This document shows, piece by piece, positions 11,840-21,921 of a stretch of 64,000 nucleotides of DNA. Both the position numbers and the translations under genes were made by a program. The notes under the pieces were generated by a model. It was given only the letters and a program-made list of their open reading frames with translations. It made no database searches and had not been told where the DNA came from. Origin of the DNA: Alphaproteobacteria bacterium (GTDB lineage Bacteria; Pseudomonadota; Alphaproteobacteria; RS24); assembly GCA_022426245.1 (NCBI GenBank), contig JAKMDW010000075.1:660-64659 (forward strand), in the 5' to 3' direction. The first letter of the stretch is position 1. Each line of letters starts with the position of its first letter.

Positions 11840-13741
11840 ATGAGCGACATGCCCAATAATGTGTCAAATAATGAGCCGAACGGTTTAGGGCCGCGGCGCC
11901 TTATCGTGAAGCAACTGGCCTATTGGGGTTTTATTGTGCTGCTTTGGCTGGGCTTGGCTCTGGCCGCTTTGGTGGTTTATTACGCGCTCGATTTACCCGA
12001 CACGGATGATTTATGGAAGACCGGCAGCCAGCCCGAACTGTCTATTTATGCTCGCGATGACGGGCTGGTGGCGCGGCGCGGACGGCGCGGTGGCCGTCCC
12101 ATGCGCTATGAAGACCTGCCGCCGCACTTAATCGACGCGGTGATTGCCATTGAAGACCGGCGCTTTTTCTCGCATTTCGGCCTCGACCCGCGCGGGTTGC
12201 TGCGCGCCATGGCGGTTAATTTGCGGCAAGGTCGTCTGGCGCAAGGCGGTTCAACCCTGACGCAGCAATTGGCGAAAAATGTTTTTCTGACGCCGGAGCG
12301 CAGTTTCAAGCGCAAAGTGCAGGAGCTGTTGCTGGCCTTCTGGTTGGAAGCGCATTTCACCAAACAAGACATTATCGCGCTGTATCTCAATCGGGTTTAT
12401 TTCGGTAGCGGCGCTTATGGTGTGCAATCGGCGGCGGAAACTTATTTCAATCGTCCGGTGCAAAATCTCACCCAAATTGAGGCGGCCATGCTGGCCGGGC
12501 TGTTGAAAGCGCCATCGCGCTATGCCCCGACCCGCGATCCGGCGGCAGCGGCGCGGCGCACCCAAATCGTGATTGCCGCCATGCAGGCGGCCGGCTATTT
12601 AACGGCCGGCGAGGCTGCAGCTCTATCGGGCGAGGATATTATCATTACCAATCGTTCGACCGATGGGGCGCATTATGCGGTCGATTGGACGCTTGACCAA
12701 TTGCCCGATTTTGTTGGCCGCCCGCGCGCCGATTTGGATGTGATGACCACCATTGATCGCCCCATGCAATTAGCGGCAGAGCGCGCCATTAACCGCCTCT
12801 TGGAAGCGCAAGGCGAAACCCGCCAAGCAGCCCAAGCTGCAATGGTGGTGATGACACCCGATGGTGCCATTCGCGCCATGGTCGGGGGCCGCGCCTATGG
12901 CAAAAGCCAGTTCAACAGAGCGGTGCAGGCACGCCGCCAACCCGGTTCGGCTTTCAAGCCGATGGTTTATCTGGCGGCGCTTGAGAACGGCCTGCGTGCC
13001 GATGATGCTTTTGACGATGCGCCGCTCGCGATAAATGGCTGGTCACCGAAAAACTATGACGGGACATATCGCGGCACAGTGACAGCCGGCGAAGCTCTGG
13101 CGCGCTCGTTAAATACGGTGGCGGTGCAGGTCAGCGAACAGACGGGGCGCGACAAGGTAATTGATATGGCGCGGCGTCTTGGATTGACCGGCCGCATGCG
13201 CGCGCATCCCTCTTTGGCGCTTGGCACATTTGAGGTCAATCTGATGCAATTAACCGCGGCCTATGCGCATTTCGCCAATGGCGGGCAACAGGTTGTGCCG
13301 CATATTATCCATGGCGTTATCAGCGCCTCGGGGCAAACATTATATGACCGGCTGTCGCCATCGCCTTTGCAGATTATTGCGCCGCGCCATATTGGGGCGC
13401 TGAATGAAATGTTGCGCGCCACCATCAGCATTGGCACGGGCCGCGCCGCGCGGCTTGAGGGGGTGGAGCTTGCGGGCAAAACCGGCACGTCGCAGAACTG
13501 GCGTGACGCATGGTTTGTCGGTTATTCCGGCGCTTTGGTGGTCGGTGTTTGGGTCGGTAATGATGATGGCGCACCGATGAACCGCGTCACCGGCGGCGGC
13601 CTACCGGCGCAAATTTTTGCCGCTTTCATGGATGAACAAAAAGAATTGGCCGCCTCTGTTGCCTTACCCGGGGCCGATTTGCCCAATCGCAATGGCGGCA
13701 TTGGGGGCCTCTTGCGCCGTTTGTTTGGCGGGCGGGATTAA
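11840..13741 (+). CDS. Class A penicillin-binding protein (PBP1A family transglycosylase/transpeptidase)
   Basis: N-terminal TM; EDRRF, GGSTLTQQLAKN, RKVQE; SAFK (SxxK), SLN, KTGT. Confidence 0.95.
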   Translation: MSDMPNNVSNNEPNGLGPRRLIVKQLAYWGFIVLLWLGLALAALVVYYALDLPDTDDLWKTGSQPELSIYARDDGLVARRGRRGGRPMRYEDLPPHLIDAVIAIEDRRFFSHFGLDPRGLLRAMAVNLRQGRLAQGGSTLTQQLAKNVFLTPERSFKRKVQELLLAFWLEAHFTKQDIIALYLNRVYFGSGAYGVQSAAETYFNRPVQNLTQIEAAMLAGLLKAPSRYAPTRDPAAAARRTQIVIAAMQAAGYLTAGEAAALSGEDIIITNRSTDGAHYAVDWTLDQLPDFVGRPRADLDVMTTIDRPMQLAAERAINRLLEAQGETRQAAQAAMVVMTPDGAIRAMVGGRAYGKSQFNRAVQARRQPGSAFKPMVYLAALENGLRADDAFDDAPLAINGWSPKNYDGTYRGTVTAGEALARSLNTVAVQVSEQTGRDKVIDMARRLGLTGRMRAHPSLALGTFEVNLMQLTAAYAHFANGGQQVVPHIIHGVISASGQTLYDRLSPSPLQIIAPRHIGALNEMLRATISIGTGRAARLEGVELAGKTGTSQNWRDAWFVGYSGALVVGVWVGNDDGAPMNRVTGGGLPAQIFAAFMDEQKELAASVALPGADLPNRNGGIGGLLRRLFGGRD

Positions 13742-13766
13742 CCGGCTTGGCTGAGCTTATTTGAGT

Positions 13767-14390
13767 TTAATTCAGCAAACCCGACAGTTTTTCTGCCAGT
13801 TCTGCGGGCGTGACCGCATGGTCGAAATGCGCCAAATAGCGATTATCACCATCCATTAAATAGAAAAAGCTTGAATGGTCGACGTTGTAATTCCCGTTCT
13901 CATCTTGCGCCGCGCTGCGTGCCGCATAGATTTTATAAGTGCTTTTGACCGCATCAATCTCAGCTTGCGAGCCGGTCAGGCCGGTCAGGCGCGGGTGAAA
14001 ATAATCCAAATAATCTCGCAAAACAGGCGGTGTATCGCGGGCCGGATCAACCGAGATGAACACTGGCTGCACTTGCTGATAGGCGCGCGGGGCTGTCTGT
14101 TTTAGGATATCCAATGCGCCGCCCATAATATCGAGCGCGGTCGGGCAAACGTCGGGGCAATAGGTGAAGCCGAAATAAATCAGCATCGGGCGTCCGGCAA
14201 AATCGGCCGCGCTGCGCCGTGTGCCGTTTTGGTCTGTCAGTTCAAAAGGACCGCCAATCGCCGCCGTCAATCGGCGCGGCGTCGTCTCATCATCGTTACG
14301 CCCTTGCCCCAATTCGGCCAGCATTAACGCCAGCAGGGCGGTCAGGCCAAGCACGGTAATGATCAGGCTGGTTCTTACATTGCGGCTCAT
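13767..14390 (-). CDS. senC: SCO1/SenC copper chaperone for cytochrome c oxidase
   Basis: N-terminal TM, GGPFELTD, YFGFTYCPDVC (CxxxC), VDPARD, YNVDHS; next to regBA. Start moved to ATG 14390. Confidence 0.92.
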   Translation of the reverse strand: MSRNVRTSLIITVLGLTALLALMLAELGQGRNDDETTPRRLTAAIGGPFELTDQNGTRRSAADFAGRPMLIYFGFTYCPDVCPTALDIMGGALDILKQTAPRAYQQVQPVFISVDPARDTPPVLRDYLDYFHPRLTGLTGSQAEIDAVKSTYKIYAARSAAQDENGNYNVDHSSFFYLMDGDNRYLAHFDHAVTPAELAEKLSGLLN

Positions 14391-14498
14391 GCAAAGGCTT
14401 TCTTTCGGGTCGGCTATTGCCGAGTTGGTAAAGGCGGTTATATCTTGAGCAGGGATAGTGTGCAATATGGCGCCTGCCCGTGAAGGAGAGTTAGGCCG

Positions 14499-15911
14499 AT
14501 GAGCCAGAATGCGCCCTTGAACGAAGCTGCATTGGACGGCGCGCTAATGCGTGAAAACCGGCCATATATAGGGTCGTCGGACGCATCAATTGATGCGATT
14601 GATGCCATCACCTTGGTCGCGCCTGCCGTGCGCTTGCGGGTGCAAACGGCGCTGCGCTGGATGGCGATTGCCGGACAGTCGGCCGCTGTGGCAATTGTTT
14701 ATCTGGGCTTCGGCTTTGACCTACCGGTCGGCGAAGCCCTGTTTGTTATCGGGCTTGCGGTTGCCTTAAATCTCGCCTTATTGGTGTTTTTTCCGGCCAA
14801 TCACATGCTGACGCAGCGCCAAACCGCCCTGATTTTGGCTTATGATATCGTTCAGCTGAGCCTTTTATTGTTTTTTACCGGGGGCTTATTAAATCCTTTC
14901 TCGCTGCTGCTTTTAGCGCCGGTCACCATTTCGGCCAGCTTACTCAATGCGCGCACCACCGTCATATTGGTTTTATTCGCCGGTCTGATTGTCTCGCTTT
15001 TATCAATATTTCATGCACCTTTGCCATGGCTTGGCCTGCCGCCTGAAATACCTGAATTATTGCGCGTCGGCATGTGGGTTGCGTTGCTTTTGGCGATGGT
15101 CTTTATCCCGACCTATGTCTGGGGGGTGAGCCGCGAGGGTCGGCGTATGTCGGCAGCCTTGACGGCGACACGCTCGGTTTTGGCGCGTGAGCAACGCCTC
15201 TCCGCGCTGGATGGCTTGGCGGCGGCGGCGGCGCATCAGCTTGGCACGCCGCTTGGCACAATTGTTTTGGTATCAGGCGAATTGGCAGGCCGCGATGATT
15301 TACCCGAGGGCTTGCGCGAGGACGTGGCTTTAATGCGCGAAGAAGCCATGCGATGCCGCAATATTTTGGCCGATTTGGTCAGCGAAGAGAGCGACCCGAT
15401 GGTTTCGCAAACCAATTTGCGGGGGTTGATGGAAGAAGCTGCCCTGGAAGCCGGCTTGCACAATAAAGAGATCATCGTCTCATGCCGCCCCAATGGCCTA
15501 TTGGCGACACGAGAGCCGCGTTTGAAACGCCAGCCCGAACTGATTTATGGCCTCGGCAATCTCATCGAAAACGCGGCTGAGTTTGCCAATGGCGTTGTCT
15601 ATGTGGCGGTCACTTATTCAGCGCAGCAAGTGGTGGTCGAAGTGGCAGATGATGGCCCGGGTTTTGCGTCTGATATTATCGGCCGCTTGGGCGAGCCTTA
15701 TACCTCATCGCGCAGCTCAAGAGGCATACAGGATAATGATGAATTTGGCTTGGGCTTAGGTTTTTTCATTGCCCGCACTTTATTGCAGCGCAGCGGGGCG
15801 CGGGTCAGTGCGCGCAATTTGAAGAAAACCGAGCTCATTGACGGCGCCATGCCGGGCGGTGCGTGTGTGCGTGTGGTCTGGCCGCGTCAAAGATTAGAGA
15901 TGCAATCTTAA
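14499..15911 (+). CDS. regB: Redox sensor histidine kinase RegB/PrrB/ActS
   Basis: LRWMAIAGQ, quinone motif TGGLLNPF, H-box AAAAHQLGTP, redox Cys RCRNIL, NLIENA, DDGPG, GLGLG. Confidence 0.93.
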   Translation: MSQNAPLNEAALDGALMRENRPYIGSSDASIDAIDAITLVAPAVRLRVQTALRWMAIAGQSAAVAIVYLGFGFDLPVGEALFVIGLAVALNLALLVFFPANHMLTQRQTALILAYDIVQLSLLLFFTGGLLNPFSLLLLAPVTISASLLNARTTVILVLFAGLIVSLLSIFHAPLPWLGLPPEIPELLRVGMWVALLLAMVFIPTYVWGVSREGRRMSAALTATRSVLAREQRLSALDGLAAAAAHQLGTPLGTIVLVSGELAGRDDLPEGLREDVALMREEAMRCRNILADLVSEESDPMVSQTNLRGLMEEAALEAGLHNKEIIVSCRPNGLLATREPRLKRQPELIYGLGNLIENAAEFANGVVYVAVTYSAQQVVVEVADDGPGFASDIIGRLGEPYTSSRSSRGIQDNDEFGLGLGFFIARTLLQRSGARVSARNLKKTELIDGAMPGGACVRVVWPRQRLEMQS

Positions 15912-16003
15912 ACGCGCTTGATGGCAAGTTCAGCAACTATCGCCTATCGGTTGAAAAGGAAACCGCCCGTCCTATATAGGAGTTAGGAAAAGGCAGGTAG
16001 ATA

Positions 16004-16573
16004 ATGACCCAGTCCAACGAAGCAGTAGAAATGCAAGTGAAATCCCATGAAGGGGCGAATTTGCTGATTGTCGATGATGATCAGCCCTGGCTCAACCGGC
16101 TTGGCCGTGCGATGGAAAGCCGCGGCTATGTGGTGCATGGGGCCGGTTCGGTCAGCGAGGGCATAAAGCTCGGCAAGTCTGTGAAACCCGCCTATGCCGT
16201 GGTCGATATGCGCCTTGAAGACGGTAATGGCTTGGATGTGGTGGAAAACCTACGCAATGAAAACCCGCAAGCGCGCATCATTATGTTGACCGGTTACGGC
16301 AATATTGCCACGGCCGTTGAGGCGGTAAAGCGCGGTGCGGTTGATTATTTGGCCAAGCCTGCCGATGCCGATGAAATTCATGCCGCTTTGGTGGCCGAGC
16401 CTGAAGGCCGGGCCTTACCGCCGGAAAACCCGATGTCGGCCGACCGTGTGCGGTGGGAGCATATTCAGCGGGTGTTCGAATTATGCGACCGCAATGTTTC
16501 TGAAACGGCGCGGCGTTTGAACATGCATCGACGCACGCTGCAACGGATTTTGGCCAAACGCGCGCCGCGCTAA
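16004..16573 (+). CDS. regA: Response regulator RegA/PrrA/ActR
   Basis: Receiver domain plus PPENPMSADRVRWEHIQRV..CDRNVSETARRLNMHRRTLQRILAKRAPR. Confidence 0.98.
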   Translation: MTQSNEAVEMQVKSHEGANLLIVDDDQPWLNRLGRAMESRGYVVHGAGSVSEGIKLGKSVKPAYAVVDMRLEDGNGLDVVENLRNENPQARIIMLTGYGNIATAVEAVKRGAVDYLAKPADADEIHAALVAEPEGRALPPENPMSADRVRWEHIQRVFELCDRNVSETARRLNMHRRTLQRILAKRAPR

Positions 16574-17067
16574 TTATCCGCTTTATCTCTTAATCGCGAC
16601 CAGCGAAAGCCGCCAATGCGGGCCATGCGGCGAAGCAATAAATTGCGCCGTGCGGCGGCCAGCTTGGGCTGGCTGTTGTCGCGCATAATTTCAGCACCAT
16701 AGCTATCGGCAAATATCATACCTGCTTCATCGGGCAGTTTGGCGCTGGGGAAGTCGGGCGCGACGGCAAAATAAAACCGGTCGCAATAGGGCAGATAGTC
16801 TGGCCATTTATCATCTGCCTGAAAATCGGCTAGGCCGCTTTTAATCTCGATAATCCAAATTTCGCCCTTATCGGTCAGCGCCATTAAATCGGCGCGGCGA
16901 TGATTGGGCAGCACCACCTCGGGCAAGCAGGCAATATTAAACTGCGATAACAGCCGCATCGTGCCGCGCTGAATGGCCAAGGCAGCCGCGGATTGGCGTC
17001 CGTCTTCCAGCCCGATATCGGCTAAAGATAAACCATCTTCGCTTTTGGTTTCCGCCATATATGCCAC
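16570..17067 (-). CDS. mmcB: MmcB family DNA repair endonuclease
   Basis: RRADL...IIEIKS..DF..D.KW.DY..YCDRFYFAV; convergent with regA as in other alphaproteobacteria. Confidence 0.88.
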   Translation of the reverse strand: MAYMAETKSEDGLSLADIGLEDGRQSAAALAIQRGTMRLLSQFNIACLPEVVLPNHRRADLMALTDKGEIWIIEIKSGLADFQADDKWPDYLPYCDRFYFAVAPDFPSAKLPDEAGMIFADSYGAEIMRDNSQPKLAAARRNLLLRRMARIGGFRWSRLRDKADN

Positions 17068-17217
17068 CCGTTACATCCGCCTCACACCACCGCAAGCCGC
17101 GGCATTTTGCAAGGGAAATTGGCTAAAATTCACTTGTCATGGACGAAGTTTAATGGGAAGGTCTGCCCATAATTTGGCTGTAAAAGGCCAGCCTTTGCAT
17201 GGCTTTGGGAGGGTCCA

Positions 17218-19818
17218 ATGGTAGAAAAATTAGAAACGTTTTTGTTCCGTTATCGCGGTGTCATTCTGGCAGTGTTCGCTGCCTTTACGATTTATAGCGG
17301 GTTTTATGCGACGCAGCTGAAAATGACGGCGGGCTTTGACAAGCAATTACCGGCCGGCCATGAATATATTCAGACGTTCCAAGAATATCGTGACCGCCTA
17401 TTCGGCTCGAACCGCATCATTGTGGTCTTGAAAATGCGCGAGGATCAGATTTGGAACCGCGATTTCTTCTCGCAATATAAAGATTTGACGGATGCTCTTT
17501 TCTATCTGCCGGGTGTTGCGCGTCATACATTAACGTCGCTTTGGACGCCCAATTCGCGCTATTTCGAAATTACCGAAGACGGTTTTGTTGCTGATGATGT
17601 TATTCCGGGCACGATTACGCTGGACAATATTGACAGCCAATGCGTGTCGCGGCTGAAAACAGCCAGTCTGGCCACAAAATGTGAACCGGCCTTGCAAATC
17701 ATTGAAAACAATGTTGTGCGCGGTGGCTTTGTCGGCCGTCTGGTGGCGAATGATTTCTCGGCTGCCATGGTGCGTGCCGAATTGCTCGATTATGATGTCA
17801 AAACCGGTGCGCGGCTCGATTATTTCGACCTCGCGGAAAAGCTGGAAACCGATATTCGCGATAAATTTGAAAACGATAAATATGAAGTGCAAATTATCGG
17901 CTTCGCCAAACTTATCGGCGACATTGCCGATGGTGCGGGCACGGTGGTGCAATTCTTTATTATCGCCTTCCTGCTGACCATTCTGTCGGTTTATATTTAT
18001 GCCCGTTCAGCGATTTTAACCTTCCTGCCATTGTTCTGCTCTTTGACCTCATTGGTCTGGCAGTTCGGTATTTTGAATATTCTGGGCTACGGTCTCGACC
18101 CGCTGGCCATTTTGGTACCGTTTTTGGTGTTCGCCATTGGTGTGAGCCACGGGGTGCAGCAAATTAACCTTATAACGGCGGAAATTTCGTCGGGCAAAAC
18201 GGCTGATGAAGCCGCCCGCGCCAGCTTCCGCGGCCTGCTTATTCCGGGGTCTATGGCACTGGTCACTGACCTTGTCGGCTTCGGCACGCTGGTCTTAATT
18301 CCGATTCAGATGATTCAAGAACTTGCCATTACCGCCTCTATCGGTGTGGCGCTGAAAATTCTGACCAACCTCATTATGCTGCCGATTTTGGCCAGCTTCT
18401 TTAAAATTGATGACGGTTTTGTGGAGCGTATCGGCAAAGCGCGTGAATCGCGTATACGCCTGATGCAGAAATTGGGCAATATCGCCAACCCACGCGCCGC
18501 GATTGGTGTTGTGATTTTGGCGGCTATTTTGTTCGTCACGGCGTTCATTCAAAGCCAAAACCGCCATGTCGGTGCGCTGCATGCCGGGTCGCCGGAACTG
18601 CGTAAAGAGGCGCGTTATAATGAAGACAGCCGCCAGATTGCCGAGAAATTTGCGCTCGGTCTTAATCTGCTGTCTGTGATTGTTGAGACGCCACGCGAGG
18701 CCTGCATTAATTACCCTTACATGAAATATCTGAACGAGTTTTCATGGTATTTGCGTAATGTCGACGGGGTGTCGCTGGTCTTGTCATTGCCATCGGTTAC
18801 GCGTCAATCAAGCGCCGGCTTTAATGAGGGCAATCTGAAATGGCAGGCTTTGCCGCGCAATAAATATGCGCTGGTGCAATCCTCTTCGCCCATTGGTGCG
18901 TCGACCGGTTTGTTGAATGAAGAATGCACTTTGCTGACGCAGTTGGTTTTCTTGGAGGATGCAAAGGCGACAACCATTAAGGGTGTCACCAATGCGATTA
19001 AAGAGTTCCGCGAGACCCAACCGGCGCCGATTTCTGATCTGATGATCATCACTGATCCGCCGATGCGCGATCCGGGCAATATCAATCTCGGCCTGCGCAC
19101 AGATGTGGTTGATGATGGCGTGTCACCAGCTTTGGCCATTACCTATGATGTGGCCACGGATTCGCCTGAAAGCCTGCTTGCTGAGTTGCGCGCGCAAGGT
19201 GTGAAAATAGACAAGCATGAAGTCGTGCCGGTCTCTATCCGCCTCGCATCGGGTAATATGGGCGTGCAAGCTGCGGTGAATGAAGAGATTGAAGTCTCTG
19301 AATTACCGATGATGATTTACGTCTATATGACCATTATTGCGTTGGTCTTGTTTACCTATCGCGATTTCCGCGCCACGGTGGCGTGCTGTGTGCCGCTCAC
19401 ATTGGCAACCTTCATGGGCTATTGGTTCATGGAAGTTCTGGAAATCGGCCTTACGGTTGCAACCTTGCCGGTGATGGTGCTGGCGGTTGGTCTGGGTGTC
19501 GATTATGCCTTCTATATTTACAACCGCATTCAATATCACCTCTCAAACGGTCTTGATGTCACGGCGAGCTTTAAAGAGACGCTGAACGAAACCGGTATGG
19601 CTGTGGTCTTTACGGCACTGACATTGGCTGTCGGCGTATCGACATGGGCTTTCTCGGCACTGAAATTCCAGGCTGATATGGGACTGCTTTTGACCTTCAT
19701 GTTCATGATTAATATGGTCATGGCTGTGACGGTGCTGCCGGCTCTGGCTGTGGTGATGGAAATCATCTTGCCGCGCCGTGAGCCGCCAAAAGCGCCAAGC
19801 GGTGCGTTGGCTCACTAA
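17218..19818 (+). CDS. RND/MMPL-family (COG1033-type) transporter permease
   Basis: Two-repeat multi-TM architecture with large periplasmic loops; FAIGVSHGVQ, GLGVDYAFY, LKFQADMGLLL. Confidence 0.9.
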   Translation: MVEKLETFLFRYRGVILAVFAAFTIYSGFYATQLKMTAGFDKQLPAGHEYIQTFQEYRDRLFGSNRIIVVLKMREDQIWNRDFFSQYKDLTDALFYLPGVARHTLTSLWTPNSRYFEITEDGFVADDVIPGTITLDNIDSQCVSRLKTASLATKCEPALQIIENNVVRGGFVGRLVANDFSAAMVRAELLDYDVKTGARLDYFDLAEKLETDIRDKFENDKYEVQIIGFAKLIGDIADGAGTVVQFFIIAFLLTILSVYIYARSAILTFLPLFCSLTSLVWQFGILNILGYGLDPLAILVPFLVFAIGVSHGVQQINLITAEISSGKTADEAARASFRGLLIPGSMALVTDLVGFGTLVLIPIQMIQELAITASIGVALKILTNLIMLPILASFFKIDDGFVERIGKARESRIRLMQKLGNIANPRAAIGVVILAAILFVTAFIQSQNRHVGALHAGSPELRKEARYNEDSRQIAEKFALGLNLLSVIVETPREACINYPYMKYLNEFSWYLRNVDGVSLVLSLPSVTRQSSAGFNEGNLKWQALPRNKYALVQSSSPIGASTGLLNEECTLLTQLVFLEDAKATTIKGVTNAIKEFRETQPAPISDLMIITDPPMRDPGNINLGLRTDVVDDGVSPALAITYDVATDSPESLLAELRAQGVKIDKHEVVPVSIRLASGNMGVQAAVNEEIEVSELPMMIYVYMTIIALVLFTYRDFRATVACCVPLTLATFMGYWFMEVLEIGLTVATLPVMVLAVGLGVDYAFYIYNRIQYHLSNGLDVTASFKETLNETGMAVVFTALTLAVGVSTWAFSALKFQADMGLLLTFMFMINMVMAVTVLPALAVVMEIILPRREPPKAPSGALAH

Positions 19819-19838
19819 GCCTGCATGTTCAAAAACAG

Positions 19839-19868
19839 CCCCGGCAAAGCGATTTGCCGGGGTTTTTT
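19839..19868 (+). terminator. Intrinsic terminator after the RND gene
   Basis: CCCCGGCAAA gcga TTTGCCGGGG TTTTTT. Confidence 0.88.
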
Positions 19869-19903
19869 AATGGCTGTGCCATTGGGGCGCAATTTACTTA
19901 GAG

Positions 19904-19950
19904 CAGCTTGTGCTTAAGCCAGCTTGTGCTTAAGGCAGCTCGTGTCCTAA
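19904..19950. repeat. Three degenerate 16-bp tandem repeats spanning the stop codon of the HAD gene
   Basis: cagcttgtgcttaagc / cagcttgtgcttaagg / cagctcgtgtcctaa. Confidence 0.8.
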
Positions 19951-20598
19951 AAGCTGGCCCAGATCGGCAATCGCTTGGGCGGCGCTCACGACTTTCACCG
20001 TGCCCATGCCCATGGCGCGCGCCGGCTTCAGATTAATGCCCAAATCATCGAGGAAGACGCATGTCTCCGGTGCCAAGCCCAGTCGCGTGCAAGCCAGCTG
20101 ATAAATTGTCGGGTCGGGCTTTCTGACGCCCTCCACCGAGCTTTCAATCACCATTTCAAAGCGGCTCATAACAGCCGCAATTTCGGCCGCTTTATCCGCA
20201 CTTCGTGCCATGCCGGGGTTTGCGCCATCGGCGCTGTCAGCTGTGGTTTTGACATTATTGGTGATGCAGGCAATGCGATAGCCGCGCGCCTTGATGCTGT
20301 CCAGCACGGCGATCATTTCAGGGCGCACATCACCGGCCAAAAGCGCCAAAACATCTGCCCCGCCAACATCATGACCGGCGGCGCGAGCTTCATCACGAAA
20401 CGCTCCGTCAAAAGCGGTCGCGTCAATATCGCTGCGCTCAAACAGCGCCCAGGCATTGGCGTCGGGATTGGTGGCATTGACGGTGCGGATAAAATTCTCC
20501 GGCAGATGATGCGCCGCCTCATAGCGATTAAACGCCTCAAACGGGCTTGAGGTCACGACCCCGCCAAAATCAAAAATCACTGCTTCATATTTGGCCAT
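19930..20598 (-). CDS. HAD-IA family hydrolase (ACAD10/epoxide-hydrolase N-terminal-like)
   Basis: FDFGGV motif I, ITNN, RKPDP, FLDDLGINLKPA; start set at ATG 20598 after GGAGAG. Confidence 0.9.
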   Translation of the reverse strand: MAKYEAVIFDFGGVVTSSPFEAFNRYEAAHHLPENFIRTVNATNPDANAWALFERSDIDATAFDGAFRDEARAAGHDVGGADVLALLAGDVRPEMIAVLDSIKARGYRIACITNNVKTTADSADGANPGMARSADKAAEIAAVMSRFEMVIESSVEGVRKPDPTIYQLACTRLGLAPETCVFLDDLGINLKPARAMGMGTVKVVSAAQAIADLGQLLGHELP

Positions 20599-20703
20599 AA
20601 TGTCGGTCTCTCCAACGGCGTGTGCCATCTTACCAAAGGGTTTGCACAAAAAAATTTGAGTGTTACGCTAATTAGGCCAAGAACATAACAAGAGGAGGCC
20701 GTT

Positions 20704-21246
20704 TTGCAATCATCTTTCATCTCCCGTTTGGACGCGCTGAACCCGCTTTTAACGCGGCGTATCAGCCTGATTACAAGTTTTCTAGCCGTCGTCTTATGCC
20801 TGTTGAGTTTTGACTGGCTAAAGCAACAGTTGGGCGCGAATATGCTCGATGAGCTAAGCGGCTATGATGCCGAGGCGCTGAAAACCCAAATGCTGCTTTA
20901 CGGCGAAAGCGGGCGGGCTTTGCATCTGCGCTTCACGCTTATCCTCGATACTTTGTTTCCATTCGCCTATGGCGCTTTCTTCGGCGGTCTGCTGGTTTTG
21001 GCGGCGCGTGGTATTTTCGACAAAGCCATTTTAGCACCGGTGCTGGCCGTGATGATTTTGGATTTGGCTGAGAACACGCAAATTGCGCTGATGCTGGCGC
21101 AATTCCCGGATGTCAGCGATCGGCAAATCGCCTTTGCGAGTTCTGTCACATTGGCCAAATTTTGGGCGATACGGTTCTTCTTGTTTTGGTTAGCCGGTCT
21201 GGTTTTATGGAAATTATGGATGGCGCTTCGCGCCCGCAACGCCTGA
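20704..21246 (+). CDS. Hypothetical integral membrane protein (about 4 TM)
   Basis: TTG start after AGAGGAGG; hydrophobic segments; LD...Y...GESGR...LDTLFP...DLAEN pattern. Confidence 0.7.
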   Translation: MQSSFISRLDALNPLLTRRISLITSFLAVVLCLLSFDWLKQQLGANMLDELSGYDAEALKTQMLLYGESGRALHLRFTLILDTLFPFAYGAFFGGLLVLAARGIFDKAILAPVLAVMILDLAENTQIALMLAQFPDVSDRQIAFASSVTLAKFWAIRFFLFWLAGLVLWKLWMALRARNA

Positions 21247-21253
21247 AGCGGGC

Positions 21254-21877
21254 CTAAGCCGAAGCGTTTTCATCGCGCATTATCGCCGCCATTTCCTTTT
21301 GGCCGCGGAGGGTTATCGGTAATTGCGCCAGCATGAAAAGGCCGGTCGCGGGGGCCATGATAAGCACGCGGAAGCTGACCCAATCATCATCGCTGAGCGC
21401 GCGCCAGGCCACCTCATTGGCCAATGTTGCGGCCAGAAAAAACAGCCCCCAACGCAAAGACAGGCTCTTCCAAACCTTATCCGGCAGGTCGAATTGAGCT
21501 TGGAAAAATATTTTCATCATCGCTTCGCCGCGCAGCCGTCCAATGAGCAGCACCGCTGCGAAAGCACCTGAAAATAAGCTCGGTTGGATTTTAATATAGG
21601 TTTTTTCCTCGGCCAGAATGGCGGCCAATGTCAGCAAAGTGGCAATTGAGGTGGCGAAAATGGCAAACCGTGCCAAACGTTTTTCCAACACCCATGTGAC
21701 CGTGACCAATAGGAATGACGCGCCAATAGCAGCCAGCGCAGCGGCGTAAAGCCCGTAAGCCTGATTGACCATAAAAAATGCTGCCAATGGCGCGATTTCG
21801 CTAAACATGGACATAAAGCGAATTTTCGGCCGCCGCGGCCCCGTTGCTATTGCGGTCTCTTGTGCAATTTTATCCAT
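21254..21877 (-). CDS. yciB: Inner membrane protein YciB/IspZ family
   Basis: EIAPLAAFF, YIKIQPS, WKSLSLRWGLFF...NEVAWR...WVSF, AQLP. Confidence 0.8.
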   Translation of the reverse strand: MDKIAQETAIATGPRRPKIRFMSMFSEIAPLAAFFMVNQAYGLYAAALAAIGASFLLVTVTWVLEKRLARFAIFATSIATLLTLAAILAEEKTYIKIQPSLFSGAFAAVLLIGRLRGEAMMKIFFQAQFDLPDKVWKSLSLRWGLFFLAATLANEVAWRALSDDDWVSFRVLIMAPATGLFMLAQLPITLRGQKEMAAIMRDENASA

Positions 21878-21921
21878 GCGTTTTATACGCGCGCCAGCCG
21901 CTTTGGATGCCCCAAGCGGGG

